Below are positions 49,403 to 59,429 of a DNA stretch of 64,000 nt, one piece after another; the first letter of the stretch is position 1; every line of letters starts with the position of its first letter. The notes beneath the pieces were generated by a model, which did not search any database, had not been told where the DNA came from, and saw only the letters and a program-made list of their open reading frames with translations. Origin of the DNA: an uncultured Syntrophomonadaceae bacterium (GTDB taxonomy: Bacteria; Bacillota; Dethiobacteria; DTU022); NCBI GenBank assembly GCA_964441025.1, contig CAYTXG010000002.1:22787-86786 (forward strand), written 5' to 3'. The position numbers and the translations under genes were made by a program.

Positions 49403-49948
49403 ATGACGGTGCCCCAACTGCGTTGGTCAAAAGTTTTGCTCATTGCGCTGACGGCTCTTGTTCTCTTCTTCGGCGGCAGCCACGTGTACCGGCGATATTA
49501 CCGGGAAGAACCCTTTCTTGAAAAGCTCTGCCTTATTGAAGGTGTGGCCGGCGCCGGGCTTACCGCCACCGATGGCGGCACCGCTCTTCTAATCACTCCC
49601 GATGATTCTTATCAGGGTCAGCTGCAGACACTGGTCACCTCCGTGGAAAAAGAGGTTTCCGGGCGCTATCGCAGGCCGCTGCTCATTGAGATCAAGGACC
49701 GGCGCAGTGCCCGGCTCAATCTTTTCGCCGCAGCAGTGAGTCCCGATCTGTACGAAGCAGTCAGATCCGGGCGCTATCGCAGCGCAGCCGAAAGAATAAA
49801 GGAGAGCGCCGCCCTGTACGGGCTCACAGCCCAGGATTTAACAGTCGATTCTCGCTACCTGTACCTGCAAGCGCGCGACGGAGCCAACTATCTTTATTTG
49901 CTGGTACCTCTGCCGCCGCTAACAGAGGGAGGGTCGGCAGATGCTTGA
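49403..49948 (+). CDS. Hypothetical membrane-anchored protein
   Basis: SD AAGGGAG, an N-terminal hydrophobic segment, and overlap with the AAA protease start. Confidence 0.75.
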   Translation: MTVPQLRWSKVLLIALTALVLFFGGSHVYRRYYREEPFLEKLCLIEGVAGAGLTATDGGTALLITPDDSYQGQLQTLVTSVEKEVSGRYRRPLLIEIKDRRSARLNLFAAAVSPDLYEAVRSGRYRSAAERIKESAALYGLTAQDLTVDSRYLYLQARDGANYLYLLVPLPPLTEGGSADA

Positions 49949-51419
49949 GCTGTTAGCCGGAGTGGGGGCGGCGGCGCTGGTGATTCTGCTCTATTACCAG
50001 AGCAGCCTGATCCCGCTGGTCATCCTCGCGGGCCTGTTCCTGGCCCTTTTCGCCTTTCCGGGGCTCAAAACGCCCCGGCTGAATACTGTGGGCAGTGGAT
50101 TTAAAGGCAAAAAGATCAGCTTCAACGAGATCGGGGGGCAGGATGTAGCCAAAAAAGAGCTCCTGGAGGCACTTGACTTTGTGAACAGGCCCCAGGAAAT
50201 CAAGCGCATGGGCATCCGCCCCTTGAAAGGGGTAATGCTCATCGGCCCCCCGGGTACAGGTAAAACCCTTCTGGCAAAAGCGTCGGCGGGCTACACCGGT
50301 TCAGCTTTTATCAGCGTCGCCGGCAGCGAATTTATTGAAATGTATGCCGGGGTGGGGGCGCAGCGTGTGCGCAAGCTCTTTGAGCAGTGCCGGCGCAGAG
50401 CTGCAAATGAGCGGCGCAAGGGCGCCATCCTTTTTATCGACGAAATAGAAATACTCGGCGGGAAACGCGGACGCCACAGCAGCCACCTTGAATACGACCA
50501 GACCCTGAACCAGCTTCTTGTGGAGATGGACGGCCTGGGGGTAAAGGATGATCTGAACATCCTGGTCATCGGGGCCACCAACAGGCCGGACACCCTTGAT
50601 CCGGCCCTGCTCCGCCCGGGGCGCTTTGACCGCATGGTCCAGGTGGATCTGCCCGACCTGGAGGGCCGGATTCATATTTTAGAGCTGCACCTGCATAACA
50701 AGCCTGTTGATCAGAGCGTGTCGCTGGAAAGGATTGCCCGCGAAACTTTCGGCTTCTCCGGCGCACATCTGGAGAGCCTGGCCAATGAGGCCGCCATCCT
50801 GGCCATGCGCCAGGGGCGAAGTTCTATCGGTGAGAAAGAGCTTTTGGAAGCAGTTGACAAGGTTATCCTGGGCGAGAAGCTGGAGCGCAAACCCGGTGAA
50901 GAGGAGCTGTGGCGTATCGCCGTTCATGAGACGGGTCACGCCCTGGTCAGCGAAGCGCTTAAGCCCGGTTCCGTCTCGCAGGTGACCATAACACCGCGCG
51001 GTAAAGCCCTGGGGTATGTCCGCCACAAGCCGGAACGTGATTACTATATCTATACTCTGGATCATCTGGAGGAGCAAATTGCCGTTTTGCTGGGCGGATC
51101 GAGCAGTGAGAGGCTTGTTCTGGGCAACGGCAGCACCGGATCGCTGAATGATTTCAACCAGGCTGTTGACCTGGCCAAAAAGATCATCTCCGCAGGTCTC
51201 TCCCGGCTCGGTGTCGTCAGCACCGGAGATCTGCCCGCCGGCTTGCTGCACCGCACCATCCAGCAGATTATCGGGAAGCAGGAGCATTGGGTGAAAAGCC
51301 TGCTGGCCGGGAAGATTGATCTGATCAGGGAAATTGCCCGCTCCATTCTCGAAAAAGAGAAGATCAGCGGTGAAGCTCTGCGCCGTTATATTTCAAGCTC
51401 ATCGGGCGAAGCATGCTAG
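49941..51419 (+). CDS. FtsH-like AAA+ zinc metalloprotease (short N-terminus)
   Basis: GPPGTGKT, ILFIDE, SRH ATNRPDTLDPALLRPGRFDR, HETGH (HEXXH), PRGKALG. Confidence 0.9.
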   Translation: MLELLAGVGAAALVILLYYQSSLIPLVILAGLFLALFAFPGLKTPRLNTVGSGFKGKKISFNEIGGQDVAKKELLEALDFVNRPQEIKRMGIRPLKGVMLIGPPGTGKTLLAKASAGYTGSAFISVAGSEFIEMYAGVGAQRVRKLFEQCRRRAANERRKGAILFIDEIEILGGKRGRHSSHLEYDQTLNQLLVEMDGLGVKDDLNILVIGATNRPDTLDPALLRPGRFDRMVQVDLPDLEGRIHILELHLHNKPVDQSVSLERIARETFGFSGAHLESLANEAAILAMRQGRSSIGEKELLEAVDKVILGEKLERKPGEEELWRIAVHETGHALVSEALKPGSVSQVTITPRGKALGYVRHKPERDYYIYTLDHLEEQIAVLLGGSSSERLVLGNGSTGSLNDFNQAVDLAKKIISAGLSRLGVVSTGDLPAGLLHRTIQQIIGKQEHWVKSLLAGKIDLIREIARSILEKEKISGEALRRYISSSSGEAC

Positions 51420-51424
51420 CGCCA

Positions 51425-51433
51425 TGTTATAAT
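51425..51433 (+). promoter_or_regulatory. Extended -10 upstream of cinA
   Basis: TGTTATAAT. Confidence 0.5.
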
Positions 51434-51458
51434 TAATCAAAAAATGGCGGTGATTTGC

Positions 51459-52694
51459 GTGCAGATAGACCTGATCTGCATAGGCAGCGAGCTCTTAACA
51501 GGGTTGGTGGAGAACACCAATGCAGGATATATTTCCCGGCGCCTATGGTCCAGCGGCCTCCCGGTGCGGGAAGAGCGGGTGGTGCCCGACAGCATCCCCG
51601 CTATTGCCGGGGCGCTGAAAGAATCCCTGCTCAGGAGCGAGGCGGTGATCTGTATCGGGGGGCTGGGACCAACGGAGGACGATCTGACGCGGGAAGCTGT
51701 GTCTGAAGCACTGCAGCGCCCCCTGCGCCTGCACCCCGAATGGCTTCGCCGCCTGGAGCAGATGTTTGCCGCCAGGGGCTATTCCATGCCTCCGGGGAAC
51801 CGCAAACAGGCGCTGCTCATTCAAGGAGGCCGACTTGTTTTCAATCACCGGGGAACGGCCCCGGGCGAGGTTATTCCCGCAGGCGAGCGGTGCCGGATCA
51901 TACTCCTTCCCGGGCCACCCGTCGAGATGATCCCCATGTTTGAGGAGGAGATCCTGCCCCTTCTGGAGGCGGAGGCCCCGGCGAAGGGCTGGCGGACCAG
52001 GATTATCCGGACATCGGGCTGCGGAGAATCGCTGCTGGAGGAAAAAATAAAGGAGAGCGGTCTGCCCAACGGGGTACTGCTTTCCCTTGTGGCCAGGGGA
52101 GGCGAGGTGCTGCTGCAGCTGAAGAGCTGCGGCGAGGAGGCGGCGGAGCTCCTGGAGGAGAGTGCCGCGCGCCTGCGCCGGAACCTGGGCAAATATATAT
52201 ACGGTGAGGGCGAGGAGACGCTGGCCGGGGCCCTGGCGGTGATCTTTAAAAAACGCCGCCTGACCCTGGCTCTGGCTGAATCATGCAGCGGCGGACTGAC
52301 GGCGGACAGCATCACCGATGTGGCGGGTAGCTCCCAATTCTTCAAAGGTTCGCTGGTAACTTACAGCAACGAGGCAAAGGAGGCCCTTCTGGGCGTGGAT
52401 TCCGGGTTGCTCCGCCGGGAAGGAGCCGTCAGCAAGGCTGTTGCCCTGGCAATGGCCCGCGGAGCCGGGAAGAGGCTCAGCGCTTCAGTCGGCGCCGCCA
52501 TCACCGGCATTGCCGGTCCCGACAGCGATTCCTCAGGCGCCCCGCCGGGCCTGGTCTACATTGCCGCCGCCGGCCCCTTCGGGGAAAAATGTCTCCGCCT
52601 GGAACTGCCCGGCACGCGCAGGGCGGTAAAAGAGAGGGCGGTGCAGTCCCTGCTGACTATGCTCTGGAGGATCATGCATGTTGACGGGCAATAG
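51459..52694 (+). CDS. cinA: Competence/damage-inducible protein CinA (MoCF-binding + NMN deamidase domain)
   Basis: IGSELLTG..NTNA, GGLGPTEDDLT, LLPGPP, LAESCSGG, GITGIAGP-like TGIAGP. The ORF is open from ATG 51444. Confidence 0.93.
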   Translation: MQIDLICIGSELLTGLVENTNAGYISRRLWSSGLPVREERVVPDSIPAIAGALKESLLRSEAVICIGGLGPTEDDLTREAVSEALQRPLRLHPEWLRRLEQMFAARGYSMPPGNRKQALLIQGGRLVFNHRGTAPGEVIPAGERCRIILLPGPPVEMIPMFEEEILPLLEAEAPAKGWRTRIIRTSGCGESLLEEKIKESGLPNGVLLSLVARGGEVLLQLKSCGEEAAELLEESAARLRRNLGKYIYGEGEETLAGALAVIFKKRRLTLALAESCSGGLTADSITDVAGSSQFFKGSLVTYSNEAKEALLGVDSGLLRREGAVSKAVALAMARGAGKRLSASVGAAITGIAGPDSDSSGAPPGLVYIAAAGPFGEKCLRLELPGTRRAVKERAVQSLLTMLWRIMHVDGQ

Positions 52695-54090
52695 GAAGAA
52701 AGCGGTTTTTCTCGTGCTGCTGGCGGCACTGGCCGGCCTCTTTGCAGCCGCCGCCCTTTTCAGCGAAACATCCTTTCAAGTCGGCGCCTTTGAGATAACC
52801 GTAGCGCTGATTCCTTCTCTGCGTGGTGAAACCGTAATTGTGTTCCCGCCCTTCGGCAGGCTGCGCGCCTTGACCCACTATGCGCCTTTTCTTCTGGAAA
52901 TTACCCTGAAAAATGTGGATCTCGGGCAGCTCCGGGCATCACTGCAGGAGCTATCCGCTGCGCCGGCAATTTCATTTTTGCAAAGAGAGCTACGGGACAA
53001 AGCGGCTCACTTCCTTGCCCGCCAGGCAATCATCTCTTTTTTTTGCAGCGCTTTGCTCCTGGTTGTTCTGCGCCGGGGTAGCAGGCGGCGCCTGCTTCAG
53101 GGTGCTCTGGCGGGCGGCCTTCTGTGCCTGCTCCTGCTGGCGCTGCTCCTTGGAACCACACTGATCTACCCTTATGATATCAGCGCTTTTAAGAACCCGC
53201 GTTTTGAAGGAGCTCTGGCGGCGGCGCCCTGGATCATCCGCCTGGCCGGTGAGGCGCAAGATACAGTTGGCATTTTAAGCGAACAGCTCGAGGTGATGGC
53301 GGTAAACCTGGAGAATCTGTCCAGCCGTCTCCGTGAGATCAACCCTCCTCCCGACAGCGGCGAGATCCGGGTGCTGCATGTTTCCGACATCCATAACAAC
53401 CCCGCCGCTTTTGATCTCATCGAGAAAGTCACCGGAGCCTTTCAGATCAACTTCATCGTGGATACAGGCGATCTGACCGATTACGGATCGGAGATTGAAA
53501 CAGAGCTGGCGGCACGCCTGGCCCGGCTGCCGCTGCCCTATCTTTTTCTACCAGGCAATCATGACAGCCTGGAAAGCATTGAGCTTTTGCGGAGCGAAGG
53601 GGCGCTGATCATCGGAGAGGAAAGGATTGAAATCGAGGGGCTCAGCATTGCCGGCCTGCCTGATCCCGCCTCAGAGCAGCCCACAGCGGAGGTGCCCTCA
53701 CAGGACACACTGCTCCAGGCCAGCCTGCAGGCAGGGGAGAGGATATTCGAAGGTGAAAGGCCGCCCGATATTTTTGCTGTCCACAACCCACTGATGGCCG
53801 AGCCTTTCTTCGGAAAGCTGCCGCTGATCCTTTGCGGGCACACCCACAGCGCAGGAATATATTTCGATGAAGACAGCCCCACTATCCTGGTCAACGCCGG
53901 GACTACCGGGGCCTCGGGGGTCCGCGGCCTCCTGGCGCCGCATCAGAACCCGTACAGCGCCGCCATCCTCTACTTCAATCCCGGCCTCGACGGCGGCATG
54001 GAGCTGACCGCCGGCGACCTCATCAGCATTGAACAGCTACAGGATTCGTTTACGCTGCAGCGATTCTTCAACCGCCGATCCGGCAGTTGA
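52678..54090 (+). CDS. Membrane-anchored metallophosphoesterase (calcineurin-like)
   Basis: HVSDIH, DTGD, GNHD, AVH and GHTH; 2-3 TM segments in the N-terminal half. Confidence 0.88.
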   Translation: MLTGNRKKAVFLVLLAALAGLFAAAALFSETSFQVGAFEITVALIPSLRGETVIVFPPFGRLRALTHYAPFLLEITLKNVDLGQLRASLQELSAAPAISFLQRELRDKAAHFLARQAIISFFCSALLLVVLRRGSRRRLLQGALAGGLLCLLLLALLLGTTLIYPYDISAFKNPRFEGALAAAPWIIRLAGEAQDTVGILSEQLEVMAVNLENLSSRLREINPPPDSGEIRVLHVSDIHNNPAAFDLIEKVTGAFQINFIVDTGDLTDYGSEIETELAARLARLPLPYLFLPGNHDSLESIELLRSEGALIIGEERIEIEGLSIAGLPDPASEQPTAEVPSQDTLLQASLQAGERIFEGERPPDIFAVHNPLMAEPFFGKLPLILCGHTHSAGIYFDEDSPTILVNAGTTGASGVRGLLAPHQNPYSAAILYFNPGLDGGMELTAGDLISIEQLQDSFTLQRFFNRRSGS

Positions 54091-54168
54091 AGCAGCCGCC
54101 AGGCCGCTGTAAAATGTTAAAAGGAGCAGGCTGCTGTCAGCGCTGTTCCTGAAGAAAGGTGAGTAACA

Positions 54169-54732
54169 ATGCGACTCTTTATCGCCCTGGATCCGTCAAC
54201 AGGTCAAAGGGAAAAGCTGCAGGAACTGCAGATGCGCCTGGCCCGCTCTCTTGACGGAATCAGGTGGGTTCGTCCCGATGGCCTTCATCTGACCCTGAAA
54301 TTCCTGGGGGATCATGATGAGTCGATGGTGCCGCTCATTACCGCTGCGATGCGCAGGGCCGCCGCATCAGCAAACTCTTTTGAATTGCAGTTCGGGGGTG
54401 CCGGTGTTTTTCCTTCACCGCGGCGGGCAAGAGCTCTCTGGTCCGGGATCCACCGGGGCGCCGCCGAAGTAAAAAACCTTGCCGCCCGCCTTGAAAGGGA
54501 GCTGGCCCCAAAGGGCTTCCCCTTTGAAAACCGCCCTTTCAGGGCCCATATCACCCTGGGGCGGGTCCGCAGGCCTCTGCCGGAAAAAGAGCTGGAGCGC
54601 CTGCTCGAAGCGGAAAGCAGCTTTGCAACGGGGCCGGCCGGGGCGGAATCGATGCGTCTTTATGAGAGTCGCCTGACCCGTCAGGGTGCGATGTACACAT
54701 TACTGAAAGAGATTTTGTTGATGGAAAAATAG
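54169..54732 (+). CDS. thpR: RNA 2',3'-cyclic phosphodiesterase
   Basis: MRLFIAL and two HxT motifs (HLTLKFLG, HITLGR). Confidence 0.93.
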   Translation: MRLFIALDPSTGQREKLQELQMRLARSLDGIRWVRPDGLHLTLKFLGDHDESMVPLITAAMRRAAASANSFELQFGGAGVFPSPRRARALWSGIHRGAAEVKNLAARLERELAPKGFPFENRPFRAHITLGRVRRPLPEKELERLLEAESSFATGPAGAESMRLYESRLTRQGAMYTLLKEILLMEK

Positions 54733-54798
54733 AGGAAAATAAGGAGGAAACAAGAATAAGAAGAGTATCACCTGAATCCACTAAAGGAGGTTTTTCAA

Positions 54799-55824
54799 GT
54801 GGACAAAGAAAAAGCCCTTGAAGCGGCTTTGCTGCATATTGAAAAACAATTCGGCAAGGGCTCGGTCATGAAACTGGGCCAGCATGCAACTACAGGAATT
54901 GCCGCAATCCCTACCGGCTGCCTCTCCCTGGACCTGGCCCTGGGCATAGGCGGACTGCCGCGGGGGCGGGTGGTTGAAATTTTCGGCCCTGAATCATCGG
55001 GCAAGACCACCGTGGGACTGCATGTCATTGCGGAAGCCCAAAAACTGGGCGGCTACTGCGCTTTTATCGATGCCGAGCATGCCCTTGACGCCATTTATGC
55101 CGGCAATCTGGGTGTGAACATTGACGAGCTGCTCGTCTCTCAACCGGATACAGGAGAGCAGGCCCTGGAAATTGCCGAAGCGCTGGTGCGCAGCGGGGCT
55201 ATTGATGTCCTGGTCATAGACTCCGTGGCCGCCCTGGTACCCCGGGCGGAAATTGAAGGCGATATGGGCGATGCGCACGTGGGGCTGCAGGCCCGTTTGA
55301 TGTCGCAGGCGCTGCGCAAACTATCCGGAGCGATCAGCAAATCACAGACTGTGGCTGTTTTTATCAACCAGATCCGGGAAAAGGTTGGAATCATTTTCGG
55401 CAATCCCGAAGTCACTCCCGGTGGCCGGGCCTTGAAGTTCTACTCCTCGGTCCGGCTCGATGTGCGCCGGGTGGAGGCATTGAAACAGAGCGATGAGATC
55501 ATCGGCAACCGGACCAAGGTCAGGGTAGTCAAGAACAAGGTGGCGCCGCCGTTCAAGGTGGCTGATTTTGACATCCTTTACGGCAAGGGGATCTCCGCGG
55601 AGGGATCGCTCATCGACATCGGTACCGATATGAAGGTGCTGCAGAAAAGCGGAGCCTGGTATTCTTACAATGATGAGCGCCTGGGCCAGGGACGTGAAAA
55701 TGTGCGCGACTATCTGAAAGAGCATCCTGAGCTGAGCAGAGAGATAGAGCTGAAGGTTCGCCAACTTAGCGGGCTGCCCCCGCCGCACGGAGCGCCCGCT
55801 GCGGAAAGTGGGAAAGGAGAGTAA
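54799..55824 (+). CDS. recA: Recombinase RecA
   Basis: [32 protein letters not shown]; normal length, no intein. Confidence 0.99.
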   Translation: MDKEKALEAALLHIEKQFGKGSVMKLGQHATTGIAAIPTGCLSLDLALGIGGLPRGRVVEIFGPESSGKTTVGLHVIAEAQKLGGYCAFIDAEHALDAIYAGNLGVNIDELLVSQPDTGEQALEIAEALVRSGAIDVLVIDSVAALVPRAEIEGDMGDAHVGLQARLMSQALRKLSGAISKSQTVAVFINQIREKVGIIFGNPEVTPGGRALKFYSSVRLDVRRVEALKQSDEIIGNRTKVRVVKNKVAPPFKVADFDILYGKGISAEGSLIDIGTDMKVLQKSGAWYSYNDERLGQGRENVRDYLKEHPELSREIELKVRQLSGLPPPHGAPAAESGKGE

Positions 55825-56312
55825 TGCTCCGTCTGCAGGAAGATCAGGCGCTGAAAAAAGCCAGATCGGTATTGCTGCGGTTGCTCAGCTACCGGGGGAG
55901 GAGCCGTCAGGAGGCGGAAGAATACCTGCAGCGAAAAGGTTTTAACAGCGCCACAATCGACACTGTGCTGGGAGAGATGGAGGCGTGGCGCTATATTGAT
56001 GACCGCAGCTTCACCGGCGAACTGGTTGAAAGCTGCCTGCGCAGGGGCTGGGGGCCTCTGCGCGCGCGCTTTGCCCTGATCTCCAAGGGTATCCCCCGCC
56101 ATATGGCCGAGGAGGGGATCGCGCAATTTTACAGCCAGGAAGTGGAAGAATCCCTGGCCCGTAGGGCGCTGGCCGGGAGAGCTGATTCCGGCGCGGCAGA
56201 TATGGACAGAAGCTCGCTCCGCCGGCACATTGCTTATTTGAAGCGGCGCGGCTTCCGCGATCAGGTGATTATCAAAGTTTTGCGGGAGAGCGGCTCCTCC
56301 TTTGACGACTGA
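55824..56312 (+). CDS. recX: Regulatory protein RecX
   Basis: LLSYRGRS..E, YIDDRSF, GPLR, YLKRRGF; follows recA. Confidence 0.92.
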   Translation: MLRLQEDQALKKARSVLLRLLSYRGRSRQEAEEYLQRKGFNSATIDTVLGEMEAWRYIDDRSFTGELVESCLRRGWGPLRARFALISKGIPRHMAEEGIAQFYSQEVEESLARRALAGRADSGAADMDRSSLRRHIAYLKRRGFRDQVIIKVLRESGSSFDD

Positions 56313-56415
56313 AAAGGAAACATTTGCGCTGCCTCAAGGGGCAACGAGCGCCTTGAAGGTACAACGCCGGTGCATGTTTCCAGGAATGCTACAGCGGCCT
56401 GCGCACACTGCGCTC

Positions 56416-56444
56416 TTGACATAATTATTCCCCGGGGTTACAAT
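56416..56444 (+). promoter_or_regulatory. SigA promoter of rny
   Basis: TTGACA-17-TACAAT. Confidence 0.88.
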
Positions 56445-56449
56445 ATTAA

Positions 56450-56670
56450 CGGAATGATTTACCATCAGGATTGGTTTTCTTATATGCGATTGTTTCTCAG
56501 TTCCGGTCTAAAAGAGAGACCTTTGGTGCTTTTAAAAGCGCTGCCATAGATTTATTGGGATGTAGGGTGCGTACACAGTTACAGGTGTAAGTATCTTTAT
56601 ATCAGCAGTTCTCTTTTAAGCTGTGTTCTGTGAACACAGCTTGTTTATTTAAACTACTGAAACGGTGGTG
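56450..56670 (+). ncRNA. Long structured 5' leader of rny
   Basis: About 225 nt with several hairpins, including the perfect 11-bp AAGCTGTGTTC/GAACACAGCTT (56618-56642). Confidence 0.5.
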
Positions 56671-56677
56671 AGATATA

Positions 56678-58219
56678 TTGCAGGATTATATTTTTATTTT
56701 AATTGCAGTTGTTGCACTGTTCCTCGGCGTTATCGCCGGTTACTTTATCCGCAAACTTCTTGCTGAGGCAAAAATAACCTCTGCTGAAGATGCAGCTAAA
56801 AAGATTATTGAAGAAGCCAAACAGGAGGCAAAGGCAAGCAAGAGGGAAAAATTTCTGGAAGCAAAAGAGGAAGCCCATAAATTACGAATTGAAATTGAAC
56901 GGGAAAGCAGGGAGCGCCGTAATGAGCTGCAGCGCTTTGAAAGAAGGCTCATGCAAAAAGAGGAATCTCTGGATCGGAAAACCGGCTCCATTGAACGCAA
57001 GGAAGAGGATCTGAGGAAGAAAGAGGAAGAAAACCGGCGCACCCAGGATAAGCTGGAGCAGCTTTATAAAAAACAGATCGCCGAACTGGAGCGCATTTCC
57101 AACATGTCCATGGAAGAAGCGAAGGAAACAATTTTGCAGAGAGCTCGCGACGAGGTCTCTCACGAGATGGCCATGATGGTCAAAGAGGTGGAAAGCCAGG
57201 CCCGAGATGAAGCTGCAAAGAAAACGAGGGAGATCATTACCATGGCCATTCAGCGCTGTGCTGCGGACCATGCTTCAGAGGCCACTGTTTCGGTGGTCTC
57301 GCTGCCCAATGAAGAGATGAAGGGGCGGATCATCGGACGGGAGGGGCGGAACATCAGGGCGCTGGAGACGCTTACCGGAATTGACCTGATCATCGACGAC
57401 ACCCCCGAGGCGGTAATCCTTTCCGGCTTTGACCCCATCAGGCGGGAGATTGCCAGGTTGGCTCTGGAGAAACTCGTCAGCGACGGCCGGATTCATCCGG
57501 CCAGGATTGAAGAGATAGTGGAGAAAACACGTAAAGAGGTGGAATCCCAGATCCGGGAGGAGGGGGAGCGGGCCACATTTGAGACAGGGGTTCACGGGCT
57601 TCATCCCGAGCTGGTGATCATGCTGGGGAAACTTCGGTACCGGACATCATACGGGCAGAACGTGCTTCAGCATTCCATTGAAGTATCCCACCTCGCCGGG
57701 ATGATGGCCGGCGAACTGGGACTGGATATAGCTTTTGCCAAAAGAGCGGGCCTGCTGCATGATATCGGCAAGGCCACAGATCACGAAACCGAAGGATCCC
57801 ATGTGGTCACCGGGGCTGAACTGGTAAAAAGATATAAGGAATCCACCGATATAATCAATGCCGTTGCCGCACACCACGGTGATGTTGAATTTCATACTCT
57901 GGAAGCGGTGCTGATACAGGCTGCCGATGCAATCTCCGCCTCCCGCCCGGGAGCACGCCGGGAAACACTGGAGGCATATATCAAAAGGCTGGAAAAACTT
58001 GAGGGCATTGCAGAATCATTTGACGGGGTGGACAAAGCTTACGCCATCCACGCCGGCCGGGAGATCCGGATCATGGTCAAGCCGGAACGGATTGATGATC
58101 TCAAGTCAATCCAGATGGCCCGCGATGTGGTTAAAAGAATTGAAGGTGAACTGGAGTATCCAGGGCAGATCAAGGTAAATGTGATCAGAGAAACGAGGGC
58201 TATAGATTATGCCAAATAA
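56678..58219 (+). CDS. rny: Ribonuclease Y
   Basis: N-terminal TM, coiled coil, KH ([14 protein letters not shown]), HD (LLHDIGK). TTG start. Confidence 0.98.
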   Translation: MQDYIFILIAVVALFLGVIAGYFIRKLLAEAKITSAEDAAKKIIEEAKQEAKASKREKFLEAKEEAHKLRIEIERESRERRNELQRFERRLMQKEESLDRKTGSIERKEEDLRKKEEENRRTQDKLEQLYKKQIAELERISNMSMEEAKETILQRARDEVSHEMAMMVKEVESQARDEAAKKTREIITMAIQRCAADHASEATVSVVSLPNEEMKGRIIGREGRNIRALETLTGIDLIIDDTPEAVILSGFDPIRREIARLALEKLVSDGRIHPARIEEIVEKTRKEVESQIREEGERATFETGVHGLHPELVIMLGKLRYRTSYGQNVLQHSIEVSHLAGMMAGELGLDIAFAKRAGLLHDIGKATDHETEGSHVVTGAELVKRYKESTDIINAVAAHHGDVEFHTLEAVLIQAADAISASRPGARRETLEAYIKRLEKLEGIAESFDGVDKAYAIHAGREIRIMVKPERIDDLKSIQMARDVVKRIEGELEYPGQIKVNVIRETRAIDYAK

Positions 58220-58242
58220 CCCCATCCATACCGGACAATGTT

Positions 58243-58270
58243 AAGTGCCCTGCGGGGCACTTTTCATTTT
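58243..58270 (+). terminator. Intrinsic terminator after rny
   Basis: AAGTGCCC-TGCG-GGGCACTT plus TTCATTTT. Confidence 0.85.
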
Positions 58271-58274
58271 CAAT

Positions 58275-58304
58275 GCAGGAGTTTCACCGCGTCCTATGGA
58301 ATAG
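58275..58304 (+). promoter_or_regulatory. SigH-type promoter
   Basis: GCAGGAGTT-12-ATGGAATAG (AGGA-18-GAAT). Confidence 0.6.
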
Positions 58305-58330
58305 AATCTTAGAAAAAGGGGGAGCAGCCA

Positions 58331-58849
58331 ATGCTGAAGGGATCGCTGGACGAATCATACCACGTAAACATGCTCATCGAATTGCTGGTTCGTTTTCCTG
58401 AAATATATACCATTACCTATAACATGGAGGCCTCGTCATGCTGCATTTCCTACATGGTAAAAGGGCAGCTTGAACAGAAGTTCTTAAACCGCCTGCGGCG
58501 GGAGCTGAAACAGAACCTGCAAGCGCTCTTGTTTTTCCATGATCATGAAGATCCCTGCAAGTTCAAAATAAGCAGCTGCGTATACCATAATTTAACACAG
58601 ATCCAGATCAGCCTGGAAAGCGACACCCTGCTCGGGGAATCCGTCAGCATGATCACAAAAACGGTGCAGGGCTTTTTTGAAGCAGATCTGGTGGGCGAGA
58701 TATCCCTGGAATGCGATGTCACCCTGCCCGACATGGGTGAACCTGTTGAAGAGCTGCTCAGTCGCTATCCTGCAGTCTCTCCCGACCGCAGAATCAGCCA
58801 CCTTTTCGCCTTCCGTGAAGCCGGGAAAGTTTATATATATGACAAGTAG
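58331..58849 (+). CDS. Conserved hypothetical protein
   Basis: SD GGGGGAG, 172 aa, globular composition (LIELLVRFPEI...FREAGKVYIYDK); located between rny and spoVS. Confidence 0.8.
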   Translation: MLKGSLDESYHVNMLIELLVRFPEIYTITYNMEASSCCISYMVKGQLEQKFLNRLRRELKQNLQALLFFHDHEDPCKFKISSCVYHNLTQIQISLESDTLLGESVSMITKTVQGFFEADLVGEISLECDVTLPDMGEPVEELLSRYPAVSPDRRISHLFAFREAGKVYIYDK

Positions 58850-59009
58850 ATTTTTTTTGACAGCGCCTGCCTGACTCTTTAGAAATATCTTGCACTGCCG
58901 TCCAAAATAAAGCATATTATTGGTACATGTGATTCCCTTATACCCTTTGACTGCTCCAGGGAGGTAAGAGAGGTGGAAATAAAAGAATTGTAATTTTCAT
59001 ATTTTTCAG

Positions 59010-59038
59010 GCAGGATTTACATATAATTTCACGAAGTA
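59010..59038 (+). promoter_or_regulatory. SigH-like promoter of spoVS
   Basis: GCAGGATTT-11-CACGAAGTA; spoVS is SigH-dependent in B. subtilis. Confidence 0.6.
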
Positions 59039-59079
59039 CCATAGAGCAAATCCCGTTGAAGGAGGTATCGACTGGTTAA

Positions 59080-59340
59080 ATGGAGGTATTAAAGGTTTCA
59101 GCAAAGTCCAATCCCAATTCTGTGGCCGGTGCATTAGCAGGAGTGTTGCGTGAACGGGGGGGCGCCGAGATTCAAACCATTGGCGCCGGAGCCCTGAACC
59201 AGGCCGTAAAGGCGGTAGCCATTGCCCGCGGATTTGTTGCCCCTGGCGGTATTGATCTGATCTGTATTCCCGCTTTTACGGATATTCAAATCGACGGGGA
59301 GGAGCGAACTGCGATCAAGCTAATTATCGAGCCGCGCTAA
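59080..59340 (+). CDS. spoVS: Stage V sporulation protein S
   Basis: MEVLKVSAKSNPNSVAGALAG..AVKAVAIARGF..ERTAIK. Confidence 0.98.
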   Translation: MEVLKVSAKSNPNSVAGALAGVLRERGGAEIQTIGAGALNQAVKAVAIARGFVAPGGIDLICIPAFTDIQIDGEERTAIKLIIEPR

Positions 59341-59361
59341 CCTGTTAAATAGCAGCGTTTT

Positions 59362-59403
59362 AAAGACACCCTTAGTCCAATCCGGTTGGGGGTGTTTTTT
59401 TTA
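59362..59403 (+). terminator. Intrinsic terminator after spoVS
   Basis: GACACCC...CCAA-TCCGG-TTGG-GGGTGTT plus a T run. Confidence 0.75.
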
Positions 59404-59429
59404 ACCGGGTTTTGGAGTAGAATAGAGTC

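Noticed and set aside
54731-54798. SOS (LexA/DinR) box upstream of recA
   Set aside because: No GAAC-N4-GTTC match seen.
56495-56525. c-di-GMP-I riboswitch in the rny leader (CCGGTCTAA)
   Set aside because: The GCAAA and GACGCAAA core motifs are absent.
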